From the NCBI GenBank assembly GCA_951406725.2, contig OX597819.1, positions 26,970,001 to 27,034,000 of the forward strand: DNA of 64,000 bases, given 5' to 3'. Each line of letters begins with the position of its first letter. Position 1 is the first letter of the stretch. Positions 40,951 through 53,199 of this stretch are shown in pieces. A program made the position numbers and the translations under genes. Source of the stretch: Octopus vulgaris. Lineage: Eukaryota. The notes beneath the pieces are model-generated. The model was not told the DNA's origin. It searched no databases and saw nothing but the letters and a program-made list of their open reading frames with translations.

Positions 40951-41255
40951 CGTCCTATCCAGAATCTGCAGAGACATGATCAACAACTATGTACATACAT
41001 AGTCCGTACGTGAACTCGGCGTCAGTTATTAAATGTAAAACAGTAGCTGTAGGGAAAAAGGAGTCACAATCAACATGTCCTCAGTAATGGCCTATAACGT
41101 TATCTCATTGATTTCCTGATAAAGATTAACGAGATTGATATATTTTAATGTTTATACTATAAATACTAAGATGGTGACCATAAATTTGTTTTCCGACCCA
41201 AACATATTTATTCCTCAGTGTAAATAAATGTTATCAAAAACACATACACACACTG

Positions 41256-41338
<83 letters not shown>

Positions 41339-42249
41339 TAGATGTGTGTCTGTGTGTGTCTCTCTGTCTCTATGTGTGCCTGTACGTGTGTGTACAATGT
41401 ATATGCGTATATCTACATATGCATGTGTTTTATAAATATAATACTTTGCATGATATATATAATATATATCGTCAATAATTAATCGACATATACGGCTACT
41501 ACCACCATACATTCGCACAAACACACACACTGATATATATAGCATTATAGTTTTGCCAAATGATTATGATATATAGAAAACGAGTATTAATGCCATATGT
41601 CCCTTCTCTGTGTATGAACTTCTGTCATTTTATAAATGGAAACTAGAGGTTATTTCTCTTAATCATATATATAATTAAGTGAAATAACTTCTATTAAGTA
41701 AAACCACTACTAACTTGGAGTTAGGACTGGCTAGCTTGTACTGCCATAGTCGCATAATGTCTAATAATGAATCATAGATAGGTAGATAGATATGACAGAG
41801 AACGATATATGCTTTTATTTATATGTCTATTTACACATGCAGAGTCTGCGTATAGCTTCATTACTCGTGTTTCATAACATGCTAATTTCACAATGTAATA
41901 AGTGGTAGCAGTGTATATGTATATATATATACACCATGGATTCTGTGCAGTTTCCGTCAACCAAATTCCACTTACAAGCCAACTGGAGCTAATCGAGAAC
42001 AAGACACTTAATTAGGGTTTAATGTAATAGTATCGAAGCCGCAGGCATCGAAACTGCAAGCACGTGATAGTGAAACGAAACTGTTTACCAAATGTCAGTT
42101 TTAGTATTTTTATTTTTCATATGTATGTTTACATTTTCTATAATATATATGAACATTTGTGTATGTTTGTATATCTCCATGTAATATGTATTTATATATG
42201 CATATATGCGTACGTATGGACAGTGGATTCTGCTTGTACAAATTGTATT

Positions 42250-42900
42250 CTAGAATATTTAAGACATTTTAGGAGAGATATTTATTCATTTCTGAGTACA
42301 AATTTCCAATCTCCTTCAAAGCAGGATACTCTGATTTCAGTGCACTTGTTGAAGCACTCCAGCACATCGTTAAGGCCCCATGGAGGACCTCGACATTGAA
42401 GGTGTTCAATACACTTGTTACAGACTCCCTCATCTCCTTCAACTTGAGGAACAACCAAAGGTCACCGGGAGCAAAGTCTGGACTTTAGGGAGAGTGAGGA
42501 ACAGTTTTGATACCCATTTCTGTCAAATAGTTGTTTACCAAGATGAAATAATCCTGGTGCAGGTGCCACCGACCCAAGTGGCCGTTTGTGACGAAGTTTC
42601 TCTCTTTCTGAACACTTTCTGTACCTCCACAAAGTACTCTTTGTTGACCGTCTGGCGAGAGGGAACCCAGTGAATGTAGATGATGCCCTTGCTGTCAGAA
42701 AAGGGGATCATCATGTTCTTGTCGATAGACTTGCTTTGCCTGGCCTCTTGTGTCAGCGAAAAACAGGTGGTCGGCTCATATATTTTAATCCATAAGTAGC
42801 CTTGAGCATTTCATAAGTTTCTATGGCGTTTTTGTCCAAAATTTCATTGCATAGCGAGCTTCCAAACTATCTTCACGTCATGATTGCATTCTTCAAACTA
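42250..42900 (-). pseudogene. Decayed mariner transposase
   Basis: Minus-strand fragments RYAMKF, GIIYIHWVPSRQTVNKEYFVEV and P*SPDFAPGDLWLFLKLK (the YSPDLAP motif), with stops and frameshifts. Confidence 0.85.
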
Positions 42901-43266
42901 GTCAGCTGTGACAAGTAATGTTTAGGAGAGTGAGTCCAAAGTGCAGTTACAGCAACTTCCTACAATCTGGAAGCAAAAACGTTGGCAGGTTAGCGTGTTA
43001 TATATATAGTAATGTTATGCTAAAATTACTACAATTTAGGACAGTTCTAACTGCCTCTCCTAGAAAATATCCCAAAACTTCTGGAATGCACCTTGTCACA
43101 CACTGTGTCACTGCTTGACGTTAGGGCTGTATATGCCTGTGGAATGCTCAGCCACTTACACATTACTTCAATGAGTAGGTAACTAGTTGATTGAGCAAAT
43201 GAAACTTCAATGAAGCCGACGGTGATCCATATATTTTTAGTCATGCATTCGTGTGATATAATGGAT

Positions 43267-43314
<48 letters not shown>

Positions 43315-43392
43315 ATATTAGGGAATAAATCCAAACTTACAGGGAAAAATCAGATTTAGGATTGAATCCAATTTTATAGTAAAATATTATAT

Positions 43393-43439
<47 letters not shown>

Positions 43440-43544
43440 GAGTTTTAAAACAGAAAAGGTGGAGTTATAAGTAAAATGACAATTATAAAAAACAGAATGC
43501 AAAAGAAATATGTAAACTGGTTTTATAAACTAAATTACTTTAAA

Positions 43545-43671
43545 GATGAGACGATTTGTGTGCTCGTACTGCGGGTTTCCGCTCGTACTTTAAGACAAGA
43601 ATTCGCACGAATCTCGGCTCGTACAACAAATTACTCGTACAATGGTACACTCGTACTGCGATGTTCTACTG
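43545..43671 (+). mobile_element. 3' end of a pogo/Tigger-like MITE
   Basis: Repeated ctcgtac motifs ending gatgttctactg|TA. Confidence 0.45.
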
Positions 43672-43737
43672 TATGTATATATATATATATATATAAATAT
43701 GAATTATCAATAACTTTGACTTTTCTATTGTCAACAG

Positions 43738-43806
43738 ATGCGTCCAGATATCAAGAAAGATGTATTCCATATGAACTGGACACCCGATGTTGTCCCTGCA
43801 GATGAG
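43738..43806 (+). CDS. BAIAP3: BAIAP3-like exon (MRPDIKKDVFHMNWTPDVVPADE)
   Basis: Acceptor ttttctattgtcaacag, donor GAG|gtaatc. Resembles BAIAP3 MVGDIRKYVQHISLSPDS as recalled. Confidence 0.92.
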
Positions 43807-43959
43807 GTAATCAATGCATTAATGTACTGTAGGTTCGGGTTACGTTATATTATACGGAACATTGCTTGAAATGGCCATAATTCAGAAGAATGAACTCGTG
43901 TGCCAGTGTCACCTCAATTCTCGTTTTCTTCCTTTTTCACATCATTATTATTATTATTA

Positions 43960-44395
43960 TGTTTTTCCCTTCTTTCTTCAAATTTACTCCCGTTTCTCGC
44001 CGAGTGTTTTCCATATACCTAGGGCAGAGAAGCTCATTGTATGCATTCCCAGATTACACGCGCAAATTCACAGATAAAATATGTATTTAAAAATTAATAG
44101 ATAAATAAATTCATGGATAGATGTTGTTTTCACAGCGATAATGTTCTTCTCAGTACATGAGCCGTTCCAGTTAATACGATTTGTTGCACTTCCTGTAGGG
44201 ATGGTAAGCCTGGAATCATTTTCAAGTAGGTTTCAGTACCTTTTTTTATCATTCCTAGAGATCCTACAATCACTGGTACTGTAGTCGCCTTGAGATGCCA
44301 CATTTTTTTCAATTTCTATTAGCAGGTCTTTATATTTACTAATCTTGTCAAATTCTTTCGCCGCTATATTGTGATCGCAAGGGATACTCATGTCT
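43960..44395 (-). mobile_element. 3' fragment of an RLE-type non-LTR retrotransposon (R4/Dong-like)
   Basis: Minus strand DMSIPCDHNIAAKEFDKISKYKDLLIEIEK/MWHLKATTVPVIVGSLG...QQIVLTGTAHVLRRTL* followed by a 3' UTR. Both ends abut (TAA)n. Confidence 0.8.
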
Positions 44396-44444
44396 TATTA
44401 TTACTATTATTATTATTATCATTATTATTATTATTATTATTATG

Positions 44445-44655
44445 ACGGCGAGCTGGCAGGATTGTTACCACGACGGGCAAAATTCTTAGCAGCATTTCGT
44501 CCGTCTTTGCGTTCTGAGTTCAGATTCCGCCGAGGTCGACTATGGCTTTTCATCTTTTCGGGGTTGATGAAATAAGTACCAGTTGAGTACTGGGGTCGCT
44601 AAGATCGACTATTCCCCTCCCAAATTTCGGGCCTTGTTCCTATAGTGAAGATTAT
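44445..44655 (+). mobile_element. SINE family B
   Basis: Head, B box and core motif. Confidence 0.8.
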
Positions 44656-45589
44656 CTTTTTTAAATTTTGAGTTTCTTGTTATCTCTTATCACCGGTTCC
44701 TAATTGTGGTCTTTAGTTTATACAAGGTAAATATTGTTACCTTGATGACAGTACCCTCGGTATTATATGTGCTGTTTCTTGGAGGATTTATTTTCTTTTC
44801 CTTCTAATTTTTTTTTACCAATATTTTATGTTTCGTTACAGTTAGTATTTTTCTCATACTAACTGACAGCCCTTAACAGCAGACCTTAGCAACTATCTTT
44901 CTAAGAATATGACCTTTCCGGGGGTAGCAGATATTTTGGTACACTTGCATGACTATTTTGAAGTCCAACCTTCCTGGTGGTATGATAGTTTTGGGTCATG
45001 GTACCTTATTCTCCGATGATAACCGGTACAACCCTTTACTCTTACTGTTGCATTTTCTCATTTTCTTGCGATCTCTACTATTAAATCAGCATATTGCTAT
45101 TACTGCTGCAGTTTGGTTATCCATCTAGTTGAATCGACCATTACAATTACGCAAAATATATATCTGAATTATCATTTCTTCTATGGCACGCTTTACTCAA
45201 ACTACTTAACAACTACACGATAAAATAAAGCATCAAAACAATTTGTTACACAAGACACTATGGATTCGAAACAATCCCCTTACCGAGAGACAATCTGGAT
45301 TCCAGTTATTTCATAGCACGGCAGGTCGGACTGTCATCTCCTAGAATGGAACAATTTACGTGGACGTAAGCCAAAAGATATATGGCATACCCTTTGACTA
45401 TGAGCATTTGGAAATTTGGCATAACATGCACTATGTCAAGCCTGAACCCTAAGGAATAGATAGAATGTAGCTTCAAACCCCTTTAAATGGAATATCCATT
45501 AAGGTTACCCTTTCAGTTCCATACTTTGATTCTCTACCCAACAATTCAATAGAAGTAACTCAAGTGTTCAACTTTTGAGTTACACCTGT

Positions 45590-45800
45590 TCTTTGAATTC
45601 ATAAATGACCTGGTCAATGTTCTTGGAAATTATCTGTGCTTCGCCATTGATGGCTCTACGCTGTTTGCATCATTAAAATAAGCTGGAGAAAAGCAATACA
45701 ACAGCAGCCAGCTTAGAGATATAACCAAGTTGAAAGCGTGGGCAAATGATTGGGAAGTAATATTTAAGCCATCAAATTATAAAGCAATATTTTAAAATAT
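45590..45800 (+). pseudogene. Decayed LINE reverse-transcriptase fragment (CR1/L2-like)
   Basis: Translates to INDL...FAID (degenerate FADD)...QLRDITKLKAWANDWEVIFKPS. Confidence 0.6.
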
Positions 45801-46558
45801 TGCTTTAAATTATTCAGAGAAACGAAGTTCATGGAGTGTTGCATTGCGTTCGAGTAATTGCAGGTTATGTATGAAAAGCAGCTTCAGTTTCTTGATCTGA
45901 CTGGGTCGATAAATTAAGTACCAGTTGCGTACTGGGGTCGATCTAATCGACTGACCCACTCCCAAAATATTTCGGGCCTTGTGCCGAAAATAGAAAATAA
46001 TATAGACATCTGACTGCAGAGGCAGATCATATGATTGAGCAGTACAAAAATGTAGAGCACTGCTAAAAATTGTAGGAAAGCTGGAAAAATAAGGAAGAAC
46101 CGCCGTTTACAAAGCATAGGCCCATAGCATTCTGGAGTAATTTGGGTAAACATCTCACTCTATATAGTCAACCAACTCTTCGTTAGTTCAAATGGATGTC
46201 GTTGCAGTCGGTGGAGCAGTTACTATGCAAAAGATTACTACCATCAGCTTACATCAGAGCAGACAGATTACTGCAACAACGGCTTTTAACAACCCATACC
46301 CCTCTCCCAACACAAACACACATAAGCCACAACTCATTAGTACCCAGAGCGGTACTGTCACTGCAGTAAAGCTGACCGTTTTACAAGGGCCAGAACATTT
46401 ATAACTGCATTTATACTGGTCTCTTAACTGGCGATGATAAAACCTACATCATAAAAAGGAGCTTCCTACACTTAGTGGGAATCGCCACTATATTTGATGC
46501 ACGCCATCATCCAAAAAATTGTTTAGAGAAAAGATATATATTATCAGAATTTGTCTGT

Positions 46559-46885
46559 AACCACTGAGCCATGCGTCGCAGATCATTTCTACAGCTGAGT
46601 GAACCGGAGCAACGTGAAATAAAGTGTCTTGCTCAAGAGCACCACACACAGCCCGGTTCACTCAGCTGTAGAAATGATCTGCGACGTCACTGGTGTCAAA
46701 ATGTATCAGCCTTTGCTTTTTCCTTGATTAACATCGGTGGCGTGGAGAGGGGAATCTGGTTTGCATGTACATCTGCTGGTCTTCCATAAACAACCTCACC
46801 TGGACCCGTTCCTCGGAGTGGAACTTTCTAGGTGCAATCCTATGGTCATTTATGAACGAAGGGTGTCTTTATCCCTTTTACCCTT
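46559..46885. mobile_element. SINE family D with inverted 5' part
   Basis: Antisense head and body followed by a sense body and tail, forming a perfect 34-bp inverted repeat (46574-46607/46653-46686). Confidence 0.75.
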
Positions 46886-47372
46886 GTAATAGCAGTCAAA
46901 TTTCCTTCAAAGCACATTCCACTATCTAATAAAAAGACTGGAATGCTCCTGATCATAGGTCTATTCATTCAGGGCTGACCTAGAGATAAACAGCAACAGG
47001 AGTTAATCAGCCTATCCTCTGCTAAATCCGCCACGCTTTGAACCGTGTGATCCTTTACAAAACTAGTTTCCTCCTCTCAAGCCTACCACTTCTAACATTA
47101 CAATAGCTTTCCGCCTACTTTTCACTTATAAAACATTGACCTACAGCTGTACAATATCAACTACCGCAATCTCACTGGAGTGAAAAACTTAGGTCATTGA
47201 CTTTTCATTTAAAGTTCTCTCTTGGCTCTGCTAACAAACAAACATAAAGATATGTCACCTGACTGTATCTTGCGGTAAATAAATATCAGTGTTATGGAAA
47301 TATTGCTGTTCACGTCAAGTAGTCTCAGCTTCTGTGTTTGAATAGTCTTTTAATGTCTGTATTATATTGTAA

Positions 47373-47562
47373 TAATCCTTTCTACTAAAGGCACGAGTCC
47401 AGAAATTTTGTGGGGGGGGGGGGGACTTCACTGGTACTTAATTTATCGACCCCGAAAGGATGAAACGTAAAGTCGACCTCAGCGGAATTTGAACTCAGAA
47501 CGTAGCGACAGGTGAAATGCCGCAAAGCATTTCGTCTAGCGTGGTAACGATTATGTCAGCTA
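47373..47562 (-). mobile_element. SINE family B
   Basis: Reverse-complement match. Confidence 0.75.
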
Positions 47563-48278
47563 TATATTATAATAATGATAATAGAATTGGCGAAATGACA
47601 AACTAAATACTTTGAGATATTTAACTTCATTTCTTCCCGATCTCTGTTCAAATCATACTGGGTCGTATTTACCTTTCCATTTTAGGAGTTCAATAAAATA
47701 AATCTGGTTCTTGAGTGTGGGACGTCCTGGAAAAAGTGTTTGCTTTGTATTGAGTGTTAAGTCACAATAATTCTTGGTACCTGTAAAGATTCAACCTGGA
47801 TCCACATTCTCACGCTCATTATACCTGGTGATTACTTTAAGGGCTCACATGCCTAGGGAGTTCTCAGTTACTTATGCGCAAATCCAAAGAGCAGGTCTTC
47901 AGTTGATCGACCGCTCTTTTTAGTATCGAAACAGACAGCGATGCATTTGCTATGTATGAATGTACTGCATCTTAAATCTACCGCAATGGATTGAGTTATT
48001 TGGCTGCTATTTCAAGCATTTCAAGCGACGACAAATAGACTAGTGTTTCTGTTCTCTTTTTCCTTTTTTCGTTTTTTTTTATTTGTTTTTCTCTTTGCTT
48101 TTTTTTTAAGAATGAACAAGAAACTAGTGTTCCTTGTGTCATAAATTTACAGAGATGTTTATATGTTTACTTAATGTCTGTTTCCCTTATCACAAATATA
48201 TCTCTAATCGACATCATCATCATCATCATCATCACTATCACTGCTATCATTACCATCACCGCTACCATAGTTATCATA

Positions 48279-48665
48279 AGTGGAGGCGCAATGGCCCAGT
48301 GGTTAGGGCAGCGGACTCGCGGTCGTAGGATCGCGGTTTCAATTCCCAGACCGGGCGTTGTGAGTGTTTATTGAGCGAAAACACCTAAAAGCTCCACGAG
48401 GCTCCGGCAGGGGTTGGTGGTGATCCCTGCTGTACTCTTTCACCACAACTTTCTCTCACTCTTACTTCCTGTTTCTGTTGTACCTGTATTTCAAAAGGGC
48501 CGGCCTTGTCACTCTCTGTGTCACGCTGAATATCCCCGAGAACTACGTTAAGGGTACACGTGTCTGTGGAGTGCTCAGCCACTTACACGTTAATTTCACG
48601 AGCAGGCTGTTCCGTTGATTCGGATCAACCGGAACCCTCGTCGTCGTAACCGACGGAGTGCTTCC
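48279..48665 (+). mobile_element. tRNA-derived SINE family C (Arg-like TCG loop), full length with 10-bp TSD
   Basis: A box tggcccagtggt, gacTCGcg anticodon-like loop, B box ggtttcaattccc. TSD agttatcata at 48269-48278 and 48666-48675. Probably related to the octopus tRNA-Arg OR SINEs (from recall). Confidence 0.85.
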
Positions 48666-48845
48666 AGTTATCATAGCCATCGTCGTTATCGCCATCATCA
48701 TTTTCACCGTTATCGTTATCAATATCATATTCTTTATCGTCATAAACAATAAAGATCATAATATTAGTTATTACTTACTTCAACAGGTGAGAATACACAA
48801 TTACGATTCCGCAGCGCTAATTTCCTGTGGTTCCTTTACTTGCAG

Positions 48846-48992
48846 GCAATTGTGGATCTCATGGAATACCTTGACAAGAACCTCGTTACCCTAAACCAAA
48901 ACCTCGTCAGTGCAAACTTTAACCGTATTTTGCACTCCATCTGGGTTGAGGTCCTCGAGGAATTCAACGATGTCATGGTTACAGAAGATATG
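48846..48992 (+). CDS. BAIAP3: BAIAP3-like exon, MHD2 (AIVDLMEYLDKNLVTLNQNLVSANFNRILHSIW...TEDM)
   Basis: Acceptor ctttacttgcag, donor ATG|gtaagt. Carries the LMxYLDxxLxxLNxxLVxxNxxRxL...W MHD2 motif. Confidence 0.95.
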
Positions 48993-49024
48993 GTAAGTTT
49001 AATCTTAGACACAGGCATCGAACG

Positions 49025-49055
<31 letters not shown>

Positions 49056-49312
49056 AGTCACGCACACATACACACATGAAGAAAAGTAAAAGAATATATA
49101 CCCGTACACACAAATGTGTGTATTGGAAATTACAAAAATATTATATACACAAGCACATACATACAGACACTAGCAGAAACTTTTATATTTCCAGTGCCTG
49201 TATTTAATACATTTACTGAAGTCTGATGCGTAATTTGTGAAATTTGGTTGCTACTTTGAGCTGGTCGAGCAACAGTGATCGGCAGGTAAATAAACTTATC
49301 TGCCAATAAGTG

Positions 49313-49344
<32 letters not shown>

Positions 49345-49759
49345 CTTGTTTATTTATCTTTCTCTAATTTATCTAATGGTTGAACTACGGCAGAGGGGGG
49401 GGGGGGGGAAAGGAATGCTTGTTCATTAATTCAGTGACTTAGTAACCATTAGCGTCGTTTTGAATTTAAATTTGTTTGGTGATAAGGTGATAAATGGGAT
49501 ATTTTTGGTTGTGTGTGTTGACGCATAATCACAATTATAAAATGTGTGTGTGTGTGTGTGTGTATGCACAGCACACGCACACACACACACACACACAAAC
49601 TCGTGTTTATGCTGTAATGAGACAAAGATGGCGTTAATGGGAGACAAACTTGCGATTTTCAGATTTATATCAATATAATTATGATGCACACACGCACAGA
49701 TATCACACCTTGTAGACGTCTTTAGCATATGTTGTACTTCAGTGATTCGAGCTTTTCTT

Positions 49760-49798
49760 TCTCTCTCTCTCTCTCTTTCTATATTTCTGTATGTATGT

Positions 49799-49837
<39 letters not shown>

Positions 49838-49889
49838 AACACATACATACATATATATGTATATGTATGTATGTGTTTATATATACATA

Positions 49890-49926
<37 letters not shown>

Positions 49927-49929
49927 AAC

Positions 49930-49962
<33 letters not shown>

Positions 49963-49965
49963 AAC

Positions 49966-50038
<73 letters not shown>

Positions 50039-50041
50039 AAC

Positions 50042-50078
<37 letters not shown>

Positions 50079-50105
50079 AACACATACATACATATATATA
50101 TATAC

Positions 50106-50137
<32 letters not shown>
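49760..50137. repeat. (TA)n tract with a repeated aaacacatacatacatata unit
   Basis: Read directly from the sequence. Confidence 0.9.
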
Positions 50138-50239
50138 TCCTGAGCGTCTGATAATACATTACTTGTACCACGTCCTCGCGTTGTTGTTTTCATGTTCTTC
50201 TTTGTTTGGATTCGCTATATTTTTTTTTTTTTTTTTAAT

Positions 50240-50438
50240 TTTTACTAGTTTCAATCATTTGACTGCGGCCGTGCTGGAGCACCGCCTTTAGTCGAGCAAA
50301 TCGACCCCGGGTTCTTATTCTTTGTAAGCCCAGTACTTATTCTATCGGTCTCTTTTGACGAACCGCTAAGTGACGGGGACGTAAACACACCAGCATCGGT
50401 TGTCAAGCAATGCTAGGGGGACAAACACAGACACACAA

Positions 50439-50469
<31 letters not shown>

Positions 50470-50608
50470 TATACGACAGGCTTCTTTCAGTTTCCGTCTA
50501 CCAAATCCACTCACAAGGCAGTGGACGGCCCAAGATGCCACGCAGTGGGACTGAACTCGGAACCATGTGGTTGGTTAGCAAGCTACTTACCACACAGCCA
50601 CTCCTGCG

Positions 50609-50610
<2 letters not shown>
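50240..50610 (-). mobile_element. SINE family A
   Basis: Reverse-complement match with a small internal deletion. Confidence 0.85.
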
Positions 50611-50656
<46 letters not shown>

Positions 50657-51146
50657 AAAATCATCAGCAGGTGTTATTTGAGAGTGAGTATAGATGTGTG
50701 TGTACACACACACCCATACTGACACATGTACCAAACAAGTGACGATCACAATACGTTTATACTTACAGAAAGAGGACACATGTGCTCATGTGTCTGTGTT
50801 CGAGTTTGTGTTTGTAAGTGTTTGCGTATGTTTTAATATGTAATTATTATATGTATAATCAGCGGATTTAAATTGTTCACTGCAAATGTCAATAACAACC
50901 TCACAGTAAATTTTATCGTTTCATCATTAATTTTCTCACAATAAACATTCACCTTATGTATTTTCTATTTTCTCTTTGCTGTTGGCCAAGAATATTTTTC
51001 TCATTTCTTGTAATAACTTTTAATCAAATAATGGAATTTAAAAGCCATTTTATTTCGGGAATTATGCTGCATGCTTACCAACAGAGAATGTACATGTAAT
51101 AAGTATGTATATGGCTGTGTTGAATGAGTGTTCATATGAATGTATA

Positions 51147-51177
<31 letters not shown>

Positions 51178-51401
51178 TTAATGAAGTTACATAGCTGCAA
51201 ATCTACACACTATCGATTCGACTATTGTAGTTTGTGTGAAGACGCAATGCTTAGCGAGTAGTCTATAGGTCTGGCGAACATAAGGTTGTGGGTTTCAATT
51301 CATGTAACCAGCAGCGCATTGTCTCCTTGAGCAAAGAATATCATTTCACGTTGCCCCAGTTTGATCGGCTTAAAACGAGCTGGAGTCGACTGCTGGTGCA
51401 G

Positions 51402-51485
<84 letters not shown>

Positions 51486-51770
51486 ATTGAATCCTTGATT
51501 TTCTACTGGATGGGTTTCGGTGAGTGTTTAAGTCTACATTGAGTTACAGACACTCTCTTGTCACTCCCGGCGTAAAAAATGCAGTTAACCTATGATTTGT
51601 CCTTTGGAATGATATCATAGTTCAGAAATTAAAATGCAAAATAAGTTAATAAATATGCTCCATTATATTAGTTATTCTCCGTACCAAAAGATGAAATATA
51701 GAAACCTATTACAGAAAAAAACCTCAAGAAAGCAGCTGCAACAAACGATCATAAATGGCTATTCTATATA

Positions 51771-52061
51771 TCTTTATATATAAAAGTGAAGTTGTGTGCT
51801 GTCTGTCTCCTACGATTTAGATTCCTAACTACTCCCACATTTTGCGGTGCAGTTTAACCAAAAGCGGGTATCTTATAGTCGTGATTCAAATCGAGCCCTT
51901 CTGGGTATTAGCGTGAGTCTACGATTAAAAAAAAATTTACCATCATTTTTTCCCATTTTTAATGCATTTTTTTAGCTATTATATAAGGAAAGTAACTCTC
52001 TAAAAATGCTTATATAGTTATTTCCCTTACAAACCCGAGCAACGCCGGGCGATACTGCTAG
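51771..52061 (+). mobile_element. Non-autonomous Helitron (same family as 6260)
   Basis: A|TC...cccgagcaacgccggg hairpin...CTAG|T. Confidence 0.82.
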
Positions 52062-52089
52062 TGTACATATAAACCTATTTCTCTTTCAG

Positions 52090-52206
52090 AAACACCAAGT
52101 TTTCTACCAACGAATGTACGATGCTTTAACTCTACTTTTAGAGTTTTTCTACGCGAACAACAAAGGTCTCAGTATGGATACAATGTTAACAGATAAACAA
52201 TTCCAG
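52090..52206 (+). CDS. BAIAP3: BAIAP3-like exon (KHQVFYQRMYDALTLLLEFFYANNKGLSMDTMLTDKQFQ)
   Basis: Acceptor tttctctttcag, donor CAG|gtttgt. Carries the FYxR...FF(H/Y)AxxxGL motif. Confidence 0.95.
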
Positions 52207-52338
52207 GTTTGTATATCTTTTCACTGGATATGTTTATTCTATCGTCGACGTTCTTGTCACCATTGTCGTCGCTGATGTCATTTGTGATGTTGCTGCTCTT
52301 GTACCAATAAAACACCGTATGTTCCCTTTTTGCTGTAG

Positions 52339-52422
52339 GACCTACGAGAACAACTGGCTCTCCATAAAGAAGACACAAGAGATCTGATTGAACAGTTCTA
52401 CCAAGAGAAATTAGACGAACAG
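52339..52422 (+). CDS. BAIAP3: BAIAP3-like exon (DLREQLALHKEDTRDLIEQFYQEKLDEQ)
   Basis: Acceptor tttttgctgtag, donor CAG|gtaaac. Close to BAIAP3 LRLHKCSTRECIEQFYLDKL as recalled. Confidence 0.95.
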
Positions 52423-52481
52423 GTAAACTATACAAGACTTCCATTACTTAATCGAGATTTGTGTGATTAAATTTTATTTAT

Positions 52482-52790
52482 CTTTCTTTTACTTGTTTCA
52501 GTCATCAGACTGTGCCCATGCTGGAGCACCCGCCTTGACATTTTAGTCGAATGAAACTTCAGTACTTGCTTTTTTTTTAAAGCTCGGTACTTATTCTATC
52601 TCTCTCTCTCTATTGTCGAACCACTATGTTACGGGGACGTAAACAAACCAACACTGGCTGTCAAGTGGTAGTGACACGCGCACACATACACGCACACGAT
52701 AGGATTCTTTCACTTTCTGTTTGCCTAATCCACTCAGAAGGCTTTGGTCAACACTCGTCTAAGGTACCACGCTGAACCCGGAACCATGTG
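52482..52790 (-). mobile_element. SINE family A, degenerate
   Basis: Diverged reverse-complement match. Confidence 0.7.
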
Positions 52791-53156
52791 ATCCTATCAC
52801 CATCAGCAACCCCCGCCTGCGGCAGAATGTGCACTAACATGCGATAGTTGCCTTCATAATATGAATCTATGTTATTGGACATACCTCGTGTTGGCTTTAT
52901 CGGTCATACTCTTCCGTAATGGCTTAAGGCATGCTGGAAGAGGGTTTTAATTTTGGAGCCTTTCTTCTAGATACACCGCAGCTGTGGAGCTCAATCTACC
53001 CTTAAAAAATATATTAAATCCATAGAAGGGGTCCTGAAGGGTACTACCGTTCTGGATTAGAATGAACCCAGGAGTTATGGTAATTAAGGAGTGACTCTAC
53101 GCTCCCCATAGTTCCAGAACTCCTGAACTGGCGTCTCACCACCAGATGCAGCTTAA

Positions 53157-53199
<43 letters not shown>

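Noticed and set aside
48281-48355. tRNA-Arg gene
   Set aside because: It continues into a SINE body with a TSD, and the acceptor stem is not intact; it is a SINE head.
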